Positions 1 to 9,777 of a DNA stretch of 46,020 nt are shown piece by piece. A model generated the notes under the pieces. The model saw only the letters and a program-made list of their open reading frames with translations, ran no database searches and was not told the DNA's origin. Made by a program: the position numbers and the translations under genes. The stretch is from Actinomycetota bacterium. GTDB taxonomy: Bacteria > Actinomycetota > Acidimicrobiia > IMCC26256 > JACDBD01. Positions within the stretch are counted from its first letter, which is position 1. Each line of letters opens with the position of its first letter. The stretch spans positions 1 to 46,020 of the forward strand of contig JBKOWN010000010.1 of the NCBI GenBank assembly GCA_046724435.1, written 5' to 3'.

Positions 1-80
1 CGTCCATCGCCGTCGCTCCCCACACATCCTCGTACTCGCGCCGTTTCAGGGGGTCGCGGGTCCGCCCATTGCCTGCTTGG

Positions 81-638
81 TCAGGATGCCCGGTACCGGT
101 CGAAACCCGCTGTCGTCACGACGCGTTGCGCGTCGGTGACGGCCATCGCCTCTACCCCGGGTCGTTCGGCAAGCCACGTCATGCCCTCGCGGCCGAGCGC
201 GACGGCCGCGGTCGCGTAGGCGTCGGCCATCGTGAGATCAGGTCCGACGACGGTCACCGACGCGAGGCCGTACGCGGGACTCCCCGTGCGCGGATCGATG
301 ACGTGATCGCCGCGCTCGTAGCACCCGGAGGTTGCGACCGCGCCGTCGACCACGCGGACCACGGCAGCCAGCTTGTCGCGCTCCCAGGGGTGTTGGATGC
401 CGATCAACCACGCGTCACCGGATGCCGGTCGCCCCCGCACGGCCACGTCGCCGCCGGCATTGATGCAGAAGCGGCGCGCGCCCGCGTCCAGGAGCATGGT
501 CGCGGCACGTTCGACCGCCCACCCCTTGACGAGGCCCGATGGATCGAGCAGTCCGATGCCTGGCCGCGGCTCGAGCCCGACATGCGCACCGAACGTGATG
601 TCGAACGCTCCGCCGCTCAGCGCGCGAACCTCGTCGCA
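81..638 (-). pseudogene. apbE: FAD:protein FMN transferase (ApbE family), 5'-truncated
   Basis: The frame reads CDEVRALSGGAFDIT...LDPSGLVKGWAVERAA...INAGGD...VATSG.YERG.H.IDPRTG...ADAYATA. ApbE similarity extends upstream of the ORF-track ATG (497) to about 638. The ApbE N-terminus and a proper start are absent. Confidence 0.75.
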
Positions 639-639
639 T

Positions 640-705
640 GAACAACGCCAGCCCGACGAACGCCATGAGCACGTCCGGGTAATGAGTGATGAAGTCGAGC
701 GTCTG
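640..705 (-). pseudogene. Possible fragment of a ferric-reductase-like transmembrane oxidoreductase
   Basis: Reads QTLDFITHYPDVLMAFVGLALF in a different frame from apbE. It resembles the YPDVLMA..L.L segment of actinobacterial ferric-reductase-like proteins, which typically sit next to apbE. Confidence 0.35.
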
Positions 706-735
706 CCGCGTCCTGGCCTCGTCCTGAAACTTCGG

Positions 736-1683
736 TCAGGAGGCGGGAGGAATGCTGCCCGCGACCTCTTGCAGCGCTGCGATTCGCTGCTCGATCGGCG
801 GATGGGTCTCGAAGAGCCGGTTGAACCATCCGTGAACGTGACCTTCGCGCTTGTCGAGGGGCGACGCGATCCACATATGGGCCGTGGCAGCCGGCGCGTG
901 ATGCACCGTCGCCGGGTTGTCGCGCAACTTCTCCAAGGCCGAGATGAGTCCCTGGGGGTTCCGTGTGATGTAGACGCCGGAGACGTCGGCGAGCGCCTCG
1001 CGGCGGCGAGAGACTGCGAACTGCATGAGCTTCGCTGCTATGGGAGCGAGGACGATGAAGACCAGCGAGAGGGCGAGGATGAAGATCGCTACATCGCCAC
1101 CGTTGTCGTCCCGGCCGCCCCCACCGAGGCCACCGAAGAACAGAAGGCGGAGGCCAAGATCGCACAGCAGCGCGAGGAACCCGACCAGGGTGACTGCGAT
1201 CGTCGAGATCAGGATGTCGTAGTTGCGAACGTGGCTGAGCTCGTGCGCGAGAACGCCTTCGAGCTCGGCGCGGTCCATGGTTTGGAGCAAGCCCGTCGTG
1301 GCCGCCACCGCCGAGTGTCGAGGGTTGCGCCCGGTTGCGAAAGCGTTCAGCGCCGGATCGTCGATGACATAGACGCGAGGCTTCGGGAGCCCGACGGCGA
1401 TGCACAACTCCTCGATCAGGTCATGGAACTGCCGGAACTCGTGCGGATCGGCTTCCCGAGCTCTGGCGGCGGCGATCGCGAGCCGGTCCGAATAGAAGTA
1501 GCTCGCCCAGACCAGGCCGATCGCTATGACGAAAGCGACGACGATGAACGCAGCGCCGAACCTGAAGAGGAGGTCGAAGGCCACGACCGCCCCGGTGATG
1601 AGGACCGCGAACCCGACCATCAGATAGACAGTTCGGCGCTTGTTTGCGCCGATCTGCGACATCAGGTCTCTGCGCTGGGCCAT
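736..1683 (-). CDS. htpX: M48 family zinc metalloprotease HtpX
   Basis: NAFATGR, GVLAHELSH (HExxH), SRRREALAD and THPPIEQRI motifs; GGAGGT RBS upstream of ATG 1683. Confidence 0.92.
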   Translation of the reverse strand: MAQRRDLMSQIGANKRRTVYLMVGFAVLITGAVVAFDLLFRFGAAFIVVAFVIAIGLVWASYFYSDRLAIAAARAREADPHEFRQFHDLIEELCIAVGLPKPRVYVIDDPALNAFATGRNPRHSAVAATTGLLQTMDRAELEGVLAHELSHVRNYDILISTIAVTLVGFLALLCDLGLRLLFFGGLGGGGRDDNGGDVAIFILALSLVFIVLAPIAAKLMQFAVSRRREALADVSGVYITRNPQGLISALEKLRDNPATVHHAPAATAHMWIASPLDKREGHVHGWFNRLFETHPPIEQRIAALQEVAGSIPPAS

Positions 1684-1812
1684 GTGACCTCCTCCCGGAT
1701 GGTATTGCGCGCCCTTGCCGGGGGCGGCGCGTGAGTCCTGGCCCTTCCAGTTCACAGACGATTCCCAGGTCGCTCTCGGGGTCGGCCCAGCGGGGATGGG
1801 GAAGATCGATGG

Positions 1813-2967
1813 GTGTCCGTCACAGCCGTAGCTGTGTCAACCGGGACAGCTCGCAGCACGCCGAGCGCCCCGACGGCGGTCGACGCAGCGGGACCCGCCG
1901 TCCCGACTCGGCGCTGGATCAAGTGGGTCGCCGGGGCTGCCATCGCCGCCGGCATCGTCTACACGGTTGTCTTCTCGGCGGGCAGTTTCGCCGACGCCGT
2001 GGACTCGCTCGCCGCGGCGCGGTTGTGCTGGGCGGCCGTCGCCGTTGGGTGCGAGGCGGCCAGCTTCCTGCTCCTGGGCCTGCTGGTTCACCGCCTGGTG
2101 GGTGCTGAGACCGGAGTCTCCCGCCGCGCGACGGTCGGCGTCGGCCTTGTCCTGTCAGGCCTGGGCAACGTGCTCCCGGCGGCGCCGGCCGAGGGGCTCG
2201 CCCTGGCCTCGGCCGAGCTTCACCGGCGGGGAGTGAAGACCCGTCGAGTCCGGCTCGCGCTCGCGTTCTCGGAGTGGTACACGACGCGGGCCACCTTCGC
2301 CCTCGTCGCACTCAACGCCGTGGTGATCGCCGCCATCGTGCAGTTTCGCGTCGGCGGCGGCCTCGCTCGTCCGTGGCTCTTCGGACTGCCTGCGGCCGGA
2401 GTGCTCGGAGTCCTCGCGCTCACCGCATGGCTCGCCAGCCGACGCGGGACCGCCGAGTGGGTAGCCGTCGTCGCCGGTCGGCTCCGGTTCTGGAAGCCCG
2501 CTCCACCGATCGAACATCTGCGTGCGGCGGGTGCTGCGTGGTGGTCCGACGCCCAAGAGGTCCTGGGTAACCGGAGGAACCGAATGGCCGTCGTGTTGGT
2601 CGCCGCCGCGTCAACCGCGTGCGACGCCCTGTGCTTCGGCTTCGCACTGTGGGCCGTCGGCATCGACCCCCGCCCCGGCGAGTTCCTGCTCGTCTACGGC
2701 GCGGCAATGGTCGCCTCCCTCGTGCCCCTGCTTCCTGACGGGCTCGGAACCGTCGAGTCGGTCGTCCCCCTCCTCCTCCACCACAGCGGGACTCCTCTCG
2801 CCGCCGGCCTCGCTGCCGTGCTCGTCTATCGCGCGATCGCGACTGTGCTGCCGGCCGCTGCCGGCGCCCTCTCGCTCGGGCGCCTGCGGCTCTCGACTCT
2901 CAGCATTCGACGGCCCACGCCCGCAGGCGACCCGTTAAGCGGAGCTGACACTCGCGTCCCCTGCTAA
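1813..2967 (+). CDS. Lysylphosphatidylglycerol synthase TM / flippase-like membrane protein (YbhN-like)
   Basis: Multiple TM segments; P.LPDGLGTVE and AAVLVYRAI motifs typical of the family; start uncertain. Confidence 0.75.
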   Translation: MSVTAVAVSTGTARSTPSAPTAVDAAGPAVPTRRWIKWVAGAAIAAGIVYTVVFSAGSFADAVDSLAAARLCWAAVAVGCEAASFLLLGLLVHRLVGAETGVSRRATVGVGLVLSGLGNVLPAAPAEGLALASAELHRRGVKTRRVRLALAFSEWYTTRATFALVALNAVVIAAIVQFRVGGGLARPWLFGLPAAGVLGVLALTAWLASRRGTAEWVAVVAGRLRFWKPAPPIEHLRAAGAAWWSDAQEVLGNRRNRMAVVLVAAASTACDALCFGFALWAVGIDPRPGEFLLVYGAAMVASLVPLLPDGLGTVESVVPLLLHHSGTPLAAGLAAVLVYRAIATVLPAAAGALSLGRLRLSTLSIRRPTPAGDPLSGADTRVPC

Positions 2968-3524
2968 TCGATCAGGAGTGCCGACGGGTCCGGCCAGACG
3001 TATCGGAACGCGCTCGGCGCGCCGCTGAGTCGACTTGGAACATCGCCCGGCGGGGACACGAGCCGTCGGCCAACTCGCTTGCCGCTTCGCGCCTCGTAGA
3101 AGGCCTGCGCCGGGGTGTTCTGTTCGAGGACCCACAGGTAGAGGCCGCTCCCGGGAGTTCGTGCGGCGACCGTCCGGGCCGTCGCGGCCAGGAGGTTGCT
3201 CCCGATCCGATTGCCCTTCAGTGCGAACTCGACGTGGAGGTTGTCAAGGAGGGCGCCCCATGTCGGGTCATCGTCGAGAACGGTGTGGGCGAAGCCGACG
3301 AGCGCGTCGCCGTTCTCTGCAACAAGAGTGCAATGGCTCGCTGGCGGATTGCCGAGCTGGCGAGTCCATACGGCTCGACGGTCGGCGGCCACGTCACCGT
3401 CGAGGAACGCGTCTGAGTAAGCGCCTCGGTAGTGGCGTCGCCAACTCTCGGCGTGAAGAGCCGCGATCGCCGGCGCGTCGGAACTGTCGGCGACACGAAT
3501 GCGAACGGTAGGAACGTCCGGCAT
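2964..3524 (-). CDS. GNAT N-acetyltransferase
   Basis: LDNLHV...KGNRIGSNLL and LWVLEQNTPAQAFYEA acetyl-CoA motifs. Confidence 0.88.
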   Translation of the reverse strand: MPDVPTVRIRVADSSDAPAIAALHAESWRRHYRGAYSDAFLDGDVAADRRAVWTRQLGNPPASHCTLVAENGDALVGFAHTVLDDDPTWGALLDNLHVEFALKGNRIGSNLLAATARTVAARTPGSGLYLWVLEQNTPAQAFYEARSGKRVGRRLVSPPGDVPSRLSGAPSAFRYVWPDPSALLID

Positions 3525-3704
3525 GACTGGTCCTCCTCATCGATCCCGCGGTGGCGCGGTGGCGAAGCCCGGTGCGGGACCGTCGGAGAGCCAAAGCCCT
3601 CGGGTCACTCTGGTGAGTGCTCGGACGCTACAGACGCTGCTGCTTGCCGGCGAGTGAATTCGACGTGCGCCAGAACCGGGCTGCATCCCCGGTACGGTCT
3701 GGCG

Positions 3705-4451
3705 ATGGCGAAGAGTGACGTGGTCCTGGTGCACGGTTGGATGATGGAGCCCTCGATGTGGGCGCATCAGGAAGAGGCGTTGGCCGACGGCGTGAGACCC
3801 CATGCGGTCAGCCAACCGGGGCACGGCGTTGCCGTCTCGCGGCTGCACCAACATCCGACGATGCCAGACTGGGCGACGTGGTTCGCTCGGGAGCTCGAAG
3901 GCCGCGCAATCAGCGACGCGGTCGTGATCGGTCACGACATCGGCGGCCTGCTCGCCCAGGAGATGTGGCGCCGCTCTCCCGAGCGGGTCAGGGCGCTGGT
4001 GCTCGTCAGCACGCTGGATGAGGCATGGAGCGAGACCGAGAGAGCGACCCTCGAGGCGCTGAGCGACGCCGTCCTGGATTGGAACGCCGACACCGCGGCT
4101 CGGCTTTCGAGCGCGCTCATCGGCGCGGAGTTTCTCAGCGAGAATGCGGATTGGATCGAGGACTGGCGCGAGCAGGTCGCTCGGACCTACGACCTCCCCG
4201 TGGTACGCGAGCTCGGCCGCCTCGCGGCCGCACACGACGATTACCGCAACAACTCAGAATCGATCCGAGTGCCGACCCTCGTCATCAACGGCAGCACTGA
4301 TTCCATGGTGACCACCGAGAGGGCCAGGGCAATGGCCGATCGCATCCCCGACGCTCGTTTCGTCGAGATACCCGAGAGCGGGCACGCGCCACCCCTGGAG
4401 AATCCAGAAGCAGTATCTGACGCGCTGGTCGAGTTCACCGCCGGCCTCTAA
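3705..4451 (+). CDS. Alpha/beta fold hydrolase
   Basis: VVLVHGW, GHDIGG nucleophile elbow, GSTD and SGHAPPLENP; TACGGT 6 nt before ATG 3705. Confidence 0.85.
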   Translation: MAKSDVVLVHGWMMEPSMWAHQEEALADGVRPHAVSQPGHGVAVSRLHQHPTMPDWATWFARELEGRAISDAVVIGHDIGGLLAQEMWRRSPERVRALVLVSTLDEAWSETERATLEALSDAVLDWNADTAARLSSALIGAEFLSENADWIEDWREQVARTYDLPVVRELGRLAAAHDDYRNNSESIRVPTLVINGSTDSMVTTERARAMADRIPDARFVEIPESGHAPPLENPEAVSDALVEFTAGL

Positions 4452-4557
4452 GTCATCGCCCGTTCGCGTTCCCCGATCGCGAGCGGTCGAAGCACCGTTT
4501 CGGCTCGTCTTTGACGAGGTCTGCTAAGAAGGCCGCCGCGCGACGCTGTATCCCGTA

Positions 4558-6927
4558 GTGGGCCCCTTGCATCGACCTTCCGGCCGTCATCCGCTACGCC
4601 GCACAGGGTGGGTGCTGACGGCGTTGGGCGTCGCGCTCGTGCTCGTCGCCTTGTTTCCGCGCGGCGCCTCGGCGGACACCCTGCGGTCGCACCGGTCGGC
4701 GACGAGCCCCCGGCCACAACGTGTGCTCGTGCTCTCGCTGCCCGCGACCGCCTGGGCGGATCTCGATCCGGCGATCGCCCCACACCTTGTGCAGTTGCTC
4801 GATCATTCGGCGGTGGCCGACCTCGCCACCCGGGGGGCGAACGGTCTGGCGAAGTTCGGTGACGGGTATGCCACGTTGGGAGCGGGAACGCGGAGCGCGA
4901 CCGACGGTGTGACCGACGGGGACGCGTTCGGGGTGGACGAGCCGTTCGGTGACCGCACGGCATCCGATGTGTTCCGCCTGCGAACGGGACGCACTGTCCG
5001 GCGGGGCTTGGTCCACCTGGGGCTGCCCGGTCTCGATGCGAAGAACGCGGGGTTGCTGTTCGACGCCAAGGTCGGCGCGCTGGGCGATGCGCTCGCGAAA
5101 GCCGGCTTCAGTCGGGCCGTGATCGCGAACGCCGACGGCGCCGAGCCGTACACGCCGCCGCTCCCGCAGTACCGGCGGGACGCGGTGATCGGTCTCATGC
5201 GATCGGACGGCACCGTCCCGCGGGGTGCGGTCGGGCCCGACCTGCTGCAAGCGGATCCAGCGGCGCCGTTCGGGATACGACTGTCCCCCGACGCCGTGGA
5301 GCGGGAGTTCCAATCTGCGTGGAAGGACCGATCGGTCGTCCTGGTCGAGGGATCCGATCTCGAACGCGCCGATGCCTACAAAGTGTTCGCGACATCCGAG
5401 GAGTGGAGCCGCCTCCGGAAGCAAGCACTTGCGTGGACAGACGCGATGGTCGGACGCTTGCTCGCCGGCGTCGACTCGAGACGTGACGCAGTCGTCGTGG
5501 TCGGACCGTCCCACCCGATGAATGCAGACGCCCTGACCGTCGCAGCGGTGAAGGCTCCCGGCGTGAAGCCGGGCCTGCTCGAATCGGGGACCACGCGGCG
5601 GGCCGGGTTCGCGGCCCTCGTCGACGTCGCACCGACGATCCTCGACGTGCTCGGTGTCGACCGGCCGACGTCGATGGAAGGGAGGCCACTCTCCGTCGAA
5701 ACCACCGGCGGGTCGGCTGCACACCGACGCACGACGTTGGTCGAGGCGAACACGAACGCCCTCTTCCGGGACAGCCTCGTGACAGAGGCCACGTACGTGT
5801 ACATCGTCGCGACAGTCGTTCTGGCGCTCGCATTCATCGTCGGCGGTCGTGTCACCGCACTCCGGGTCTGGTTGCGGTTGGCGGCCCTCGCGTTGATCGG
5901 ATACCTCATCGCTACATACCTCGCCGGCCCGCTCCACTTCGCGGGACACGGCGGGATCGTCGCGTTCTGGTGCTTCGTGATCGGTGCCGCGATAGCCATC
6001 GCGGCGTTCTGCGACATCGTCGGACGCCGTTCCGTGCTCGATCCCCTGATGCTCGCGCTCGGAGGACTGCTGATCCTTCACCTCGTCGATCTTCTCGCAG
6101 GGGGGCGCGCCGAGTTCAACAGCGTCTTCGGGAACTCGGCCACCATCGGGATCCGTTTTGCCGGCCTCGGAAACCTGTCCTCCGCCCAACTCGCCGCTGC
6201 CGCCATCGCCCTGGCCGGACTCTTGGCGTGGCGGGTCGGGGGCACTCGAGGCGCGCGAATCTCGATCGCGATCTTGGCGGTCACGCTCGTTGTCATTGCG
6301 TCACCGATCTGGGGCCAGGACTTTGGAGGGACACTGGCCGACGCGCCGGCGTTCGCATTGCTCGGGTGGCTGCTGCTCGGGCGGTCCGTACGCCGTGGCA
6401 CCGTGCTGGCGCTCGGTGGCTTGCTGATCGGGATCGGCGTGGTCGCCGGGCTCCTCGACCTGCTCCGATCGAGCGGACAGCGCTCGCACATCGGACGCTT
6501 CTTCGAGTCGTTCGGCAACGGATCGGGCGACTTCGTCACGACCATCCAACGCAAGGCGAGCGAGAGCTTCGACTCGCTGACCGCGTATCACTGGATCGTG
6601 CTCATCGTCGTGATCGTCGCCCTCATCGCGTACCTGTGGACTCGGATGGGCGGCCCACTTCGCGTCGCAGCCGACCGGATACCAACGCTCCGGCCGGCCG
6701 CAGTCGCGTTCATCGTCGCGACCGTGCTCAACACGGTGCTGAACGATTCCGGGATCACGATCGCGGGAATGATGCTCGGGATCGCGGGAGCCGTCATCGT
6801 GTACATCAGCGTTGCCTTCCTGGACGAGACCGGAGGGACGAGGACGCGACGTACAATCGACCGCGCACCCGAGTCAGCGCCTTCCGGAGACGGTAGCGAT
6901 CGGGTTCCCACGAGCACCGATGCCTGA
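4558..6927 (+). CDS. Membrane protein with an extracellular alkaline-phosphatase/phosphoglyceromutase-like domain and a multi-TM C-terminus
   Basis: Signal peptide; S.TTRRAGF..LVDVAPTILDVLG...P..MEG motif; RFAGLGN, GQDFGG, SHIGRF and NDSGI in the TM half. Confidence 0.6.
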   Translation: MGPLHRPSGRHPLRRTGWVLTALGVALVLVALFPRGASADTLRSHRSATSPRPQRVLVLSLPATAWADLDPAIAPHLVQLLDHSAVADLATRGANGLAKFGDGYATLGAGTRSATDGVTDGDAFGVDEPFGDRTASDVFRLRTGRTVRRGLVHLGLPGLDAKNAGLLFDAKVGALGDALAKAGFSRAVIANADGAEPYTPPLPQYRRDAVIGLMRSDGTVPRGAVGPDLLQADPAAPFGIRLSPDAVEREFQSAWKDRSVVLVEGSDLERADAYKVFATSEEWSRLRKQALAWTDAMVGRLLAGVDSRRDAVVVVGPSHPMNADALTVAAVKAPGVKPGLLESGTTRRAGFAALVDVAPTILDVLGVDRPTSMEGRPLSVETTGGSAAHRRTTLVEANTNALFRDSLVTEATYVYIVATVVLALAFIVGGRVTALRVWLRLAALALIGYLIATYLAGPLHFAGHGGIVAFWCFVIGAAIAIAAFCDIVGRRSVLDPLMLALGGLLILHLVDLLAGGRAEFNSVFGNSATIGIRFAGLGNLSSAQLAAAAIALAGLLAWRVGGTRGARISIAILAVTLVVIASPIWGQDFGGTLADAPAFALLGWLLLGRSVRRGTVLALGGLLIGIGVVAGLLDLLRSSGQRSHIGRFFESFGNGSGDFVTTIQRKASESFDSLTAYHWIVLIVVIVALIAYLWTRMGGPLRVAADRIPTLRPAAVAFIVATVLNTVLNDSGITIAGMMLGIAGAVIVYISVAFLDETGGTRTRRTIDRAPESAPSGDGSDRVPTSTDA

Positions 6928-8401
6928 GCCCGCGTTCGACGTCGCCCGCTCGCGGGAATCGACCGAGCGGCCTGCACGAGCCGGGCTGCACACAGACCGA
7001 CCAATCCGCAGCTCGCGATTGAACACGCTGTTCAGCGGCGGCCTTGCGGAACGCTGGTGTCTCCTCGCGGTGGCGGTTGGGTGCGGTGGATTCATCGCCG
7101 CAATCGCGCCACCTCATGCGGTGGTCGTGACGCTGGTCGTGCTGCTGTCGACGGTGACGTGCGCGCGGCTGGCGGTGCTCGAGTGGCGGCGGCCGCGGCT
7201 CGGGCTGCGAGCGGTGGTCGTCGCGATCACGCTCGTGCTCGTGTCAGCGGTGGTGATACCCCCGCGTGGCTCCAACGACGTGTGGTCGTATGCCGCCTAC
7301 GGCCGCATGGTGAGCGTGCACGACGCGAGCCCCTACGAACACGTACCCGCCGACTTCCCTGGCGACGCGCTGTACCACGAGGTCAGTCCGGTGTGGCGTC
7401 ATCGGGGGTCGGTCTATGGCCCGGTCTTCGTCGGCTTCGCCGCCGCCGGCACCTTCCTTGCGGGCGACTCGCCGACTGCGACCCGGCTGTTCTTCCAGAT
7501 GAGCATGGCCGCCGCGGTTGTCGTCGCGCTCGCGCTGGTGTGGCGTCGGACGCGGAGCACCGCCGCGCTCGTCTGGCTCGGTCTGCACCCACTCTTCGGG
7601 GCCGCGCTCGTCAACGGCGGTCATATCGACGCGCTCGTCGGCCTGGCCGTCCTCGTGAGCGCAATGCTGGCTGCGAAACGGTGGGGTGTCGCCACGGGCG
7701 TCGTGATCGGGCTCGCGACGCTCGTCAAGCTCCCGGCGATCCTGGCGCTCGTCGGTGTCGTCGCCTGGGGCTGGAAACAGCGTGATCGGCAGCTCCCGGT
7801 CCGCGCCGTGGCGACCGCCGGCGCGATCGTCACGCTCGGCTATCTCCCTTTCCTGCCGGGAGCATTTCGCGTTCTCCATGGCGCGAACCAGACCGTGACA
7901 CCAGGCTCGCTCTGGAACGTGCCCGCGGAGTGGCTCGTCGGCAACGACGCCGGACGGAACCTCTTTCCTTACGTGCCGCCGGAACTGACCGCGCTCTCGT
8001 ACTTCTCGCTGGCTCTGTCCGGCGTTCTCGCCGTCGGTCTCGCCTGGCGGATGATGCGGCGTCGCCGTCCCGATCAGGCAATCGGCGCGGCGACAGCCTC
8101 GTACACGGTTGCCGCCGAGTACACGCTGCCCTGGTACACGGCCTGGGCGCTCCCGGTCCTCGCTGACCGCCGCCCGTCACCCGTGGCCTGGGTCGTCTGG
8201 ACCCAGTCCGCGCTGCTCCTCGCGGCATGGAAGCTGCCCCTTCCCGCCGAGGGCGCCGTCTTCCACAACGCGATCATGGGTCTGCTCACCTACGCGGCAC
8301 CGATCGTGGCGCTCATCGCGTTCGCGGTGGCGGGCGTCCTCGGCACCGGGCGCACGGGCATTCCGACGACGTCGAGTAATCGCACGCCTGCGGTCGAGTA
8401 G
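6920..8401 (+). CDS. GT-C glycosyltransferase (GT87 / MptB-like polyprenol-phosphomannose mannosyltransferase)
   Basis: SNDVWSYAAYGR, SPY..P, SVYGP, GGHIDAL, LVKLPA and LPWY.AW motifs; many TMs; ATG overlaps the end of the upstream gene. Confidence 0.8.
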   Translation: MPEPAFDVARSRESTERPARAGLHTDRPIRSSRLNTLFSGGLAERWCLLAVAVGCGGFIAAIAPPHAVVVTLVVLLSTVTCARLAVLEWRRPRLGLRAVVVAITLVLVSAVVIPPRGSNDVWSYAAYGRMVSVHDASPYEHVPADFPGDALYHEVSPVWRHRGSVYGPVFVGFAAAGTFLAGDSPTATRLFFQMSMAAAVVVALALVWRRTRSTAALVWLGLHPLFGAALVNGGHIDALVGLAVLVSAMLAAKRWGVATGVVIGLATLVKLPAILALVGVVAWGWKQRDRQLPVRAVATAGAIVTLGYLPFLPGAFRVLHGANQTVTPGSLWNVPAEWLVGNDAGRNLFPYVPPELTALSYFSLALSGVLAVGLAWRMMRRRRPDQAIGAATASYTVAAEYTLPWYTAWALPVLADRRPSPVAWVVWTQSALLLAAWKLPLPAEGAVFHNAIMGLLTYAAPIVALIAFAVAGVLGTGRTGIPTTSSNRTPAVE

Positions 8402-8458
8402 ATCGCCGGCAGCGAGCGACAACACTTCGGTCGTGGCGTTCAGGGGCATGCTGGGGAC

Positions 8459-9478
8459 GTGAAGTCGGTGCGGGGCCTCGCGGTCGCATTGGTCGTGTTC
8501 CTGGGTGTCGGAGCCTTCGTCGTTGCACCGGGAGCCGCGGGTCGCGCGCTACCCGCGCGCTGGCGTCCGTTCCTGCACGTGCCGGCGGTCGTCGATCTCA
8601 CGGAGCCGCGGGCCGACGGATCGTTAACGGTGGCGGCGGACGGCGGTCTGTCGCTGCTTCGCCTCGGTGCCGAGCCAACTCCGTTTGCCCGTGGGCCCGA
8701 CGGCTACTCGACCGCGCGCGGCCCGGAGGCCTACATCGCGCGCGCCTCGAACGAGATGGTGGACGGCACAGCATGCTCGTTCACCGCGGACACCGTCTAC
8801 GCGATCGAGCCGAGCGACACGCCGGGGGTCATCGAGATCGACGCCCAAGGACGAGCACGACGCTTCGCGGACCTCGCGAGTGGGATGTCACCGAATGGCA
8901 TCGCCTTCGATCACGTCGGCCGCTTCGGTCATCGGCTCCTGGTCACGGCGGCCGTGTCGAACCGCACCGCGATCGTCGCGCTGGACTGCGCCGGCGCCGT
9001 GAGCACGATCGCACCGAACGCGCCCAGGCTCGAAGGCGGCATCGAGGTCGCGCCGGCCTCGTTCGGCTCCTACGGAGGCGACCTGATCGCGCCGGACGAG
9101 CACAGCGGACGGATCTTCGCGATCGATGCGCGAGGCAACGTTCGCACCGTTGCCCGGTCAGGGCTGCCGAGCGGTGCTGATGTCGGAGTCGAGAGCGTGG
9201 GGTTCGTCCCGCCCCAATTCGACCGGAGCCAAGCCGCTTACCTCTCCGACCGTCGCTCCCCCGGCAACCCTCACCCCGGGACCGACAGCATCTTGCGTTT
9301 CTCCGGGGCGGATCTCGTGAAGGCACGCGTACGTCCGGGCGACCTCGTGGTCGCGTCCGAGGGCGGCGCCAAGACCATTGCCGTTCGCTGCGCCCGCAGG
9401 TGCTCGGTCCGCAAGATCGCCGACGGGCCCGCGGCCAGCCACGTGGAAGGCCACATCGTCTTCGCGCCCGGTCGTTGA
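8459..9478 (+). CDS. Secreted beta-propeller-like protein
   Basis: Signal peptide; PNGIAFD..G.FG and GGIEVAP..FG.YGGDL blade-like repeats. Confidence 0.55.
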   Translation: MKSVRGLAVALVVFLGVGAFVVAPGAAGRALPARWRPFLHVPAVVDLTEPRADGSLTVAADGGLSLLRLGAEPTPFARGPDGYSTARGPEAYIARASNEMVDGTACSFTADTVYAIEPSDTPGVIEIDAQGRARRFADLASGMSPNGIAFDHVGRFGHRLLVTAAVSNRTAIVALDCAGAVSTIAPNAPRLEGGIEVAPASFGSYGGDLIAPDEHSGRIFAIDARGNVRTVARSGLPSGADVGVESVGFVPPQFDRSQAAYLSDRRSPGNPHPGTDSILRFSGADLVKARVRPGDLVVASEGGAKTIAVRCARRCSVRKIADGPAASHVEGHIVFAPGR

Positions 9479-9496
9479 GTCGCGTCGGACGCGCAG

Positions 9497-9697
9497 CTAG
9501 CTCTTCTTCTTGTCCTTGGTGTCCGTAGTACCGGCTTCGTCGTTCCCTTCGGGGTGCGCTCCCTTTTTGAACTCTTTCGAAGCCTGGCCGAGTGAACGAG
9601 CCAGCTTGGGAAGCTGTGAGCTCCCGAAGAGCAGCACGATGATGCCGACGATGATGAGCAGGTCGGGTCCGGCGATTTCGCCGAAGATGGGCGTCAT
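9497..9697 (-). CDS. tatA: Twin-arginine translocase TatA/E subunit
   Basis: LLFGSSQLPKLARSLGQASKEFKKG; AAGGA RBS upstream of ATG 9697. Confidence 0.92.
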   Translation of the reverse strand: MTPIFGEIAGPDLLIIVGIIVLLFGSSQLPKLARSLGQASKEFKKGAHPEGNDEAGTTDTKDKKKS

Positions 9698-9777
9698 GAG
9701 CGGTGTCCTTTCAGACGGCCGCGTCCAAGCACCACCCACGCCGGGATACGCGGTGCCCTCAGCCACAAAACAGGGTA

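Noticed and set aside
1-30. Start of a minus-strand gene at position 7 (GGGGAG...ATGGAC)
   Set aside because: Only two codons are inside the window, so it cannot be supported.
373-1734. Long antisense or alternative-frame ORFs (e.g. 373-1734, 4594-6189, 20465-21856, 31843-33330, 39093-41177, 41945-43639)
   Set aside because: They overlap well-supported genes on the other strand, have no family motifs, and are expected shadow ORFs in high-GC DNA.
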